A stretch of DNA of 64,000 nucleotides from an uncultured Actinomycetes bacterium (GTDB lineage Bacteria; Actinomycetota; Thermoleophilia; Gaiellales; Gaiellaceae). How positions within the stretch are numbered: the first letter of the stretch is position 1; the number at the start of each line of letters is the position of its first letter. The DNA lies in assembly GCA_963771725.1 (NCBI GenBank), contig CAVYUO010000005.1, positions 164,929-228,928 on the forward strand. The letters are read 5' to 3'. The notes beneath the pieces were generated by a model. That model was not told the DNA's origin. It saw only the letters and a program-made list of their open reading frames with translations, and did no database searches. Shown here one piece after another: positions 59,693 to 64,000 of the stretch. The position numbers and the translations under genes were made by a program.

Positions 59693-61218
59693 AAGCGCCG
59701 ACGCTGACCGAGGCTCTCGCCCGCCAGGTCGCGCCCTTCGAGGACGCCCCCCACGAGTGGGAGGACGTCTTGCAGCGGGCCGGATTGCCCCCTCGCCGAC
59801 GGCTGCGGAGATCTCTGATCCTCGTCGGAGCGATCCTGACGGCGATCGTCGTCCTCGCTCCGCCGATCGGGCTCGCGGGCCGAGTCGTCGGGCTCTTCGA
59901 AGACAAGGGGAAGCCCGTCCCCGTCTCGAGCCTGACGGAGCTCGATCGCGAGATGCTCGTGGATTCCTTCTGTCGGCGAGTCGATCTCGTTACACCCCGA
60001 GGCGGGCGTCCTCGGACGCGCTGCCTCGACGGTGAGCCTTCGATCGAGGAGATCGCGCGGGCGAAGGGACGTCTGTACTGGAAGCTGACCTTTCCCGGCG
60101 GTCCGACGTGTCTGGCCTCGGGGTCGTCCCGGGGACGCGAAGACACCTTCGGTCGGGGGCGCAGCCACGTCGGAATGATCGGCTGCAGTCAAGGGATCGT
60201 CCCCTCACCGATGCGCCCGATCACGGTCGACGCTTCGCTGCAGCTCGAGCTTGGCGCAGCCCGCGCGACGCTCCTGGGCGCGTCCGGACTGGCTGGTGCC
60301 GGCGTCGAGCAGGTCGGCCTCGTCGAGCAAGACGGGGACGTTCACAAGGTTCCGGTGGAGGACCGCACCTACGACTTTGGGCGCCCGCCGAACCGCCCGT
60401 GGGTGGCGATCGCCGCCTTTGACGACTCCGACGCCGAGGTCTACCGCGAACCGCTCCACCTCCGGGGTCCGCGGGCGCTTCCTCGGACGAAGGCACCGCC
60501 TTCGCGACCGGTTCAGCTGCCCGCCCTTCCAAAATCGGCGCCGATCCAGCACGGCGAGACGGCGGACGCGACGATCGACGTCTTTCGCTCGGGCTTCGTC
60601 GCCGTGCGCTTCAAATCGACGACCGGCCGCGCGTATCGAGTCCTTCGTCCCGGGCCTGACTACCCTCGCCTTCCGATCACGTGCCTCGACGTCGCCTACG
60701 GCGCCGGCAGCTGGGAGACGCTCGGGCTCGGCGTCACCACTCCTTTCGGCCGCGACATGCGAGCGCTGCTGACGAGCCCCGGTGGAGGACCTCGTCCGCC
60801 GTTCGACCTCTGCATGCTGCGCGGGACGTACGGCCGACGCTGGAACGACTCGCGCGGGGTGCACGAGGCCGTCGAGGTCGCCTTCTCGCCCCTGGGGCGC
60901 CGATTCTTCGCCGAGCAGGCAGCCGCGCGCGATCTCGCGCTCTTCGTCCACTCGGCGGCCATGCGGCGAATCCGTGGCGCTATCCGCACGAGCGGGGTAA
61001 ATCCCTCGGCAGCGTCGATCGCGCGGACGTTCCCGGCCCGGGTCGTCGCGCTCAATGGCCGACGTCAGGTGCTTCCAGTGGGACAGATCGGGATCTGGAG
61101 CGAAGGGCCCAGGATCATCGCCTCGACGCGAGCTTCAAACGGTCGGCGACTGTATGTCGAGTTGCGTTCCGGACGGATCGGACCGCACAATCTCCGGTCG
61201 CTGGCGTTGCCTTTCTAG
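59689..61218 (+). CDS. Single-pass membrane protein co-transcribed with ECF sigma 2 (putative anti-sigma/partner)
   Basis: MKAPTLTEALARQVAPFEDAPHEWEDVLQRA..., TM LILVGAILTAIVVLAPP, and a large extracytoplasmic part of unknown fold. 4-nt overlap with the sigma gene. Confidence 0.5.
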   Translation: MKAPTLTEALARQVAPFEDAPHEWEDVLQRAGLPPRRRLRRSLILVGAILTAIVVLAPPIGLAGRVVGLFEDKGKPVPVSSLTELDREMLVDSFCRRVDLVTPRGGRPRTRCLDGEPSIEEIARAKGRLYWKLTFPGGPTCLASGSSRGREDTFGRGRSHVGMIGCSQGIVPSPMRPITVDASLQLELGAARATLLGASGLAGAGVEQVGLVEQDGDVHKVPVEDRTYDFGRPPNRPWVAIAAFDDSDAEVYREPLHLRGPRALPRTKAPPSRPVQLPALPKSAPIQHGETADATIDVFRSGFVAVRFKSTTGRAYRVLRPGPDYPRLPITCLDVAYGAGSWETLGLGVTTPFGRDMRALLTSPGGGPRPPFDLCMLRGTYGRRWNDSRGVHEAVEVAFSPLGRRFFAEQAAARDLALFVHSAAMRRIRGAIRTSGVNPSAASIARTFPARVVALNGRRQVLPVGQIGIWSEGPRIIASTRASNGRRLYVELRSGRIGPHNLRSLALPF

Positions 61219-61256
61219 GAGCGGCTACTCGGCATTCCGATGCCTACCTTTGCCAT

Positions 61257-61824
61257 TCAATTCCTTCCCACGTAGCGAAACCCGAGCGGACGAATCTTCC
61301 CTGAAGCGATCAACTCGTGCTCCTCGTCCGCGTCGGCGCCGAGATGGCGCGAGAAGTACGGCCCGGGGCTGAAGTGCTGCTCGTGCAAAGCGGGCGTCGA
61401 GCGCGCCGCGGAGTCGTTCGAGGCCGTGGAGATCGTCATGCTCCGCTCGCCACTCGGCTGGGTCCAGGTCGTACTGCTTGGCCGTCTGCTCGTCGAGCAG
61501 GTCCCAGCCGAACTCGTCCAGGATCACCAAGCCCCCGGGCGCGAGCAGCCCGCGCAACTGATCGAGGACGGGGTCGAGATCGTGGACGTGGTGCAGGGAG
61601 AAGCTCGCGACCACCGCGTCGAACGGCCCGGGCTCGTCCAGCTCCTCGATCGTCGTCTGCCGGAATATCGGCCCTTCCGGGGCCTCGGGATCGACCGCGA
61701 CCACGTCGTAGCCGGCCCCAGCCAGCGCGAGGGCCAGCTCGCCGCGGCCGCAGCCCACTTCGAGGACCCGTCGGGGAGGCGGCTGCAGCTGTGAGAGTAC
61801 GAAGGCCGTGAAGCTCAACGGCAC
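61257..61824 (-). CDS. Class I SAM-dependent methyltransferase. One frame break near 61395-61400.
   Basis: VLEVGCGRGELALALAGAGYDVVAVDP...DAVVASFSLHHV...LAPGGLVILDE. The C-terminus continues as LHEQHFSPGPYFSRHLG...FRYVGRN* in ORF 61257..61439. Confidence 0.8.
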
Positions 61825-61828
61825 GCCG

Positions 61829-62251
61829 CTAGGGCAGTCTGCTCCTGATGTAGATCAGACCCCCATCTGCGCCGATCGTCGCCAGCAACCCCAGCGCGAG
61901 TTGAGCTCGGCTGACCACGCTCGCCACGAGCATGAAGGCGACCGCCGAGCCGATGACCGAGGCATGCAGCGCGAGCAGCACAACAGGTACCGAGGCGCGG
62001 CGAGCAACGAAAGCCGCCGCCAGAGCTGCGAATCCGACGGGGATGCTCGCAAGCCCGAGCACGATCATCGCATCCCACTGCCAGGCGTCGACGTCGTCGA
62101 ACCACGGCGCCTCACTCGAGCATTCAAGCTCCGAACAGGCGAACTCGCCGCTGAGGGCCGCTATCACCCCGAGCAGGACCGTGCCAACCAGGTAACCCAC
62201 AGCGAGCAGGCCCGCTAGAACACGCACAGTCCGGAAACGATATGAGTTCAC
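61829..62251 (-). CDS. Hypothetical membrane protein (about 140 aa, 3-4 TM)
   Basis: A GTG at 62251 gives NSYRFRTVRVLAGLLAVGYLVGTVLLGVIAAL...MIVLGLASIPVGFAALAAAFV...VVLLALHASVIGSAVAFMLV. It is the C-terminal part of ORF 61829..62929. Confidence 0.45.
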   Translation of the reverse strand: MNSYRFRTVRVLAGLLAVGYLVGTVLLGVIAALSGEFACSELECSSEAPWFDDVDAWQWDAMIVLGLASIPVGFAALAAAFVARRASVPVVLLALHASVIGSAVAFMLVASVVSRAQLALGLLATIGADGGLIYIRSRLP

Positions 62252-62254
62252 CGC

Positions 62255-63313
62255 GTGGTGAGCATGGACAGCAGCTTGAAAGAGGCACGCCGCATCGCGG
62301 TGCGCGCACAACTCCTGGACGGGTCGGCGAACAACGTCCTCGACACGGTTCGCCGCCTCGGCTTCCTCCAGATCGACCCGATCTCGACGGTCGCGCCGCC
62401 GCAGTACCTCGTCCTTTGGAGCCGGCTCGGCCCGTACGACCGAGTCCAGCTCGACCGCCTGCTCTGGGAGGAGAAGAAGCTCTTTCAGTGGGACGCCTTC
62501 ATCTACCCGATCGAAGACCTGCCTCTCCTCCAGGCAAGGATGCGCACGCCATGGGGCCCTCTGAAGCGAGACCAGTGGGCGAAGCAGTTCATGCAGAAGC
62601 AGGCGGGGCTCAAGCGGTACGTGCTTCGGGAGCTCGAGCGGCGCGGCCCGCTCCTGTCGAGGGAGCTCGAGCACCACGCCGCGCGCGCAAGCGAACGCTA
62701 CGTCTGGTGGGGCACCCGCGCGCAGCTGACGTGGATGCTGGAGCTGCTCAACCTCCGGGGGCAGATCGCCGTGGCCGGCCGCCGGCAAGGCCAGCGGCTC
62801 TGGGACCTGGCGGAGCGCTGGTATCCGAAGACAGAGACAGTTCCGCTGCGCGAAGCGAAGCAGCTCCTGGAGGAGAAGCGCTTTCGAGCACTCGGCGTGA
62901 AGCTCGAGCGGGGCCGGCTCGTCGTGCATCCCGAGGCCCAGGACGGGCGCGTGGGCTCACGCGTCACGTTCCTCTCCCCTTTCGACCGCCTCGTCCACGA
63001 CCGCGACCGCGCCGAGGCGCTCTGGGACTTCTTCTACCGGCTCGAGATGTACGTGCCGAAGGCGAAGCGCGTCCACGGCTACTACGTCCTACCGATCCTG
63101 CGCGGCGACCGGCTGATCGGGCGCATCGAGCCGATTTTCGACCGCAAGACTGGAGTTCTGCGGGTGAACGGCATCTTCGCCGAGCCCGGCGCGCCGGCGA
63201 GCGCTGGGCCAGGTATCGCCGGGGCGGTGCGAAGGCTGTCGAAATGGCTCGGTGCCGACGAGATCGTGTACTCCCGCCGGGTGCCTGCGATGTGGCGAGC
63301 CTCGTGCAACTAA
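62255..63313 (+). CDS. Winged-helix YcaQ/AlkZ-family protein (DNA interstrand-crosslink glycosylase family), copy 1
   Basis: ARRIAVRAQLLDG...LGFLQIDPISTVAPPQYLVLWSRLGPYD...GYYVLPILRGDRLIGRIEPIFDRKTGVLRV. Confidence 0.8.
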   Translation: MVSMDSSLKEARRIAVRAQLLDGSANNVLDTVRRLGFLQIDPISTVAPPQYLVLWSRLGPYDRVQLDRLLWEEKKLFQWDAFIYPIEDLPLLQARMRTPWGPLKRDQWAKQFMQKQAGLKRYVLRELERRGPLLSRELEHHAARASERYVWWGTRAQLTWMLELLNLRGQIAVAGRRQGQRLWDLAERWYPKTETVPLREAKQLLEEKRFRALGVKLERGRLVVHPEAQDGRVGSRVTFLSPFDRLVHDRDRAEALWDFFYRLEMYVPKAKRVHGYYVLPILRGDRLIGRIEPIFDRKTGVLRVNGIFAEPGAPASAGPGIAGAVRRLSKWLGADEIVYSRRVPAMWRASCN

Positions 63314-64000
63314 GCCTCGCAGACGCGCGCCGCATGGCGATCGCCGCCCAGCTGCTACCAGCTCCGAAGGGCACGTCGATCGTAGATGTCGCAAAGCACA
63401 TCGGGTACCTGCAGCTCGACCCGACCCGGGCCGTCGAGCGGAACCATCTGCTCGTTCTGTGGAGCCGGCTCGGAGCGTTCGAGCTCGACGAGCTGCAGCG
63501 GCTGCGCGACGAGCGTGCGCTCTACGAGTACTCCGCCGCGCTCGTCCCGACGGAGGACTATCGGCTCCATCAGGTCACGATGCGTCGTTTCCCCGCCTTC
63601 GAGGGCTCGGGGGACTGGAACGAGCAGATCAGACAGTGGCTCGCCGACAACTCGACCGCTCGGCGCAAGATCCTCGCCGAGTTGCGGCGCAAGGGACCAC
63701 TCGGGTCACGCGACTTCGTCGATGTCCCCGTGCGCACCTGGGAGTCGACCGGCTGGACGAACGACCGCAACCTCTCGAGACTGCTCGAGCTCCTGTCCCT
63801 GCAGGGCAAGGTGCTCGTCTCAGGTCGCCAGGGCGGTCAGCGGCTCTGGGACCTGCCCGCCCGGGTCGTGCCTGAGCACGTCAGGACGAGCAAGCCGCTT
63901 TCGGTCCGAGAAGCCGTCCGACTGACCGCCGACCGCTCACTGCGCGGGCTCGGGGTGGCGACGCCGCAAGAGGTGCGCCTCGAGCCGTTCGTGGGCGGCC
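63304..64000 (+). CDS. YcaQ/AlkZ-family protein, copy 2 (partial; runs off the window). Not in the ORF track.
   Basis: The frame from GTG 63304 gives QLSLADARRMAIAAQLLPAPKGTSIVDVAKHIGYLQLDPTRAVERNHLLVLWSRLGAFELDELQRL...GRQGGQRLWDL..., which is collinear with copy 1. It overlaps the end of copy 1 by 10 nt. Confidence 0.75.
   Translation, partial: MQLSLADARRMAIAAQLLPAPKGTSIVDVAKHIGYLQLDPTRAVERNHLLVLWSRLGAFELDELQRLRDERALYEYSAALVPTEDYRLHQVTMRRFPAFEGSGDWNEQIRQWLADNSTARRKILAELRRKGPLGSRDFVDVPVRTWESTGWTNDRNLSRLLELLSLQGKVLVSGRQGGQRLWDLPARVVPEHVRTSKPLSVREAVRLTADRSLRGLGVATPQEVRLEPFVGG

Noticed and set aside
10969-61824. Reading the many frame-broken genes as genuine pseudogenes or genome decay
   Set aside because: The breaks hit ssb, rplI and purL, which are indispensable. 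Every broken gene retains full-length, well-conserved sequence on both sides of the break. Several breaks are in homopolymers. Sequencing or assembly indels explain this better.
63386-63925. ORF-track entry 63386..63925 (179 aa, Ser/Arg/Thr-rich) as a real gene
   Set aside because: It is out of frame with the clear YcaQ/AlkZ paralog that occupies the same DNA from 63304 onward.
1-64000. Mobile elements, prophage, toxin-antitoxin or defence systems
   Set aside because: I found no transposase, integrase, recombinase, phage structural, restriction-modification or Cas-like translations in any listed ORF. I also saw no terminal inverted repeats or tRNA-flanked insertions.

Overview
This is a high-GC (about 70%) actinobacterial-type chromosomal window; I suspect Thermoleophilia/Rubrobacteria-like, but that is inference only. 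I saw no rRNA, tRNA, CRISPR or mobile-element genes.

Gene content, in order:
- 1-9342 (-): the N-terminal >3100 aa of a giant secreted Calx-beta tandem-repeat protein. A proline-rich membrane protein lies directly upstream.
- 10.5-14 kb: the conserved rpsF-ssb-rpsR-rplI-dnaB block, with three consensus DnaA boxes between rplI and dnaB.
- Purine biosynthesis genes in three blocks: purA-purD-purE-[structured RNA]-purB-purC-purS-purQ (14.6-20.9 kb), purL-purF (46.2-49.7 kb) and purM-purN-purH (52.9-55.9 kb).
- 22.2-35.8 kb: a polyamine/GABA-type catabolic island. It holds two complete PotABCD-like ABC importers, an aminobutyraldehyde-type aldehyde dehydrogenase and three class-III aminotransferases.
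- 35.9-46.2 kb, accessory genes: a secreted vWA-like/53-proline/LamG protein, a GT1 glycosyltransferase, an Asp-box beta-propeller, a HisKA-only membrane protein, a cupredoxin-domain protein with a divergent MarR regulator, and a cyclase-EamA-GNAT-hypothetical-glyoxalase operon.
- 55.8-61.2 kb: two paralogous ECF sigma/membrane-partner modules mirrored around a cystathionine beta-synthase gene.
- 62.2-64 kb: tandem YcaQ/AlkZ-type glycosylase paralogs.

The dominant unexpected signal is pervasive single-base frame breaks. There are at least about 20 outside the Calx-beta gene, and they hit essential genes (ssb, rplI, purL). This argues for assembly indel errors rather than pseudogenes.

The most interesting candidates for follow-up are the roughly 160-nt rod-shaped, 6S-like RNA structure between purE and purB, the DnaA-box cluster upstream of dnaB, the 53-residue uninterrupted polyproline linker, and the mirrored ECF modules whose partners have very short cytoplasmic segments.

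I found no clear new multi-gene system. All calls come from reading the translations and the DNA by eye; no searches were run.
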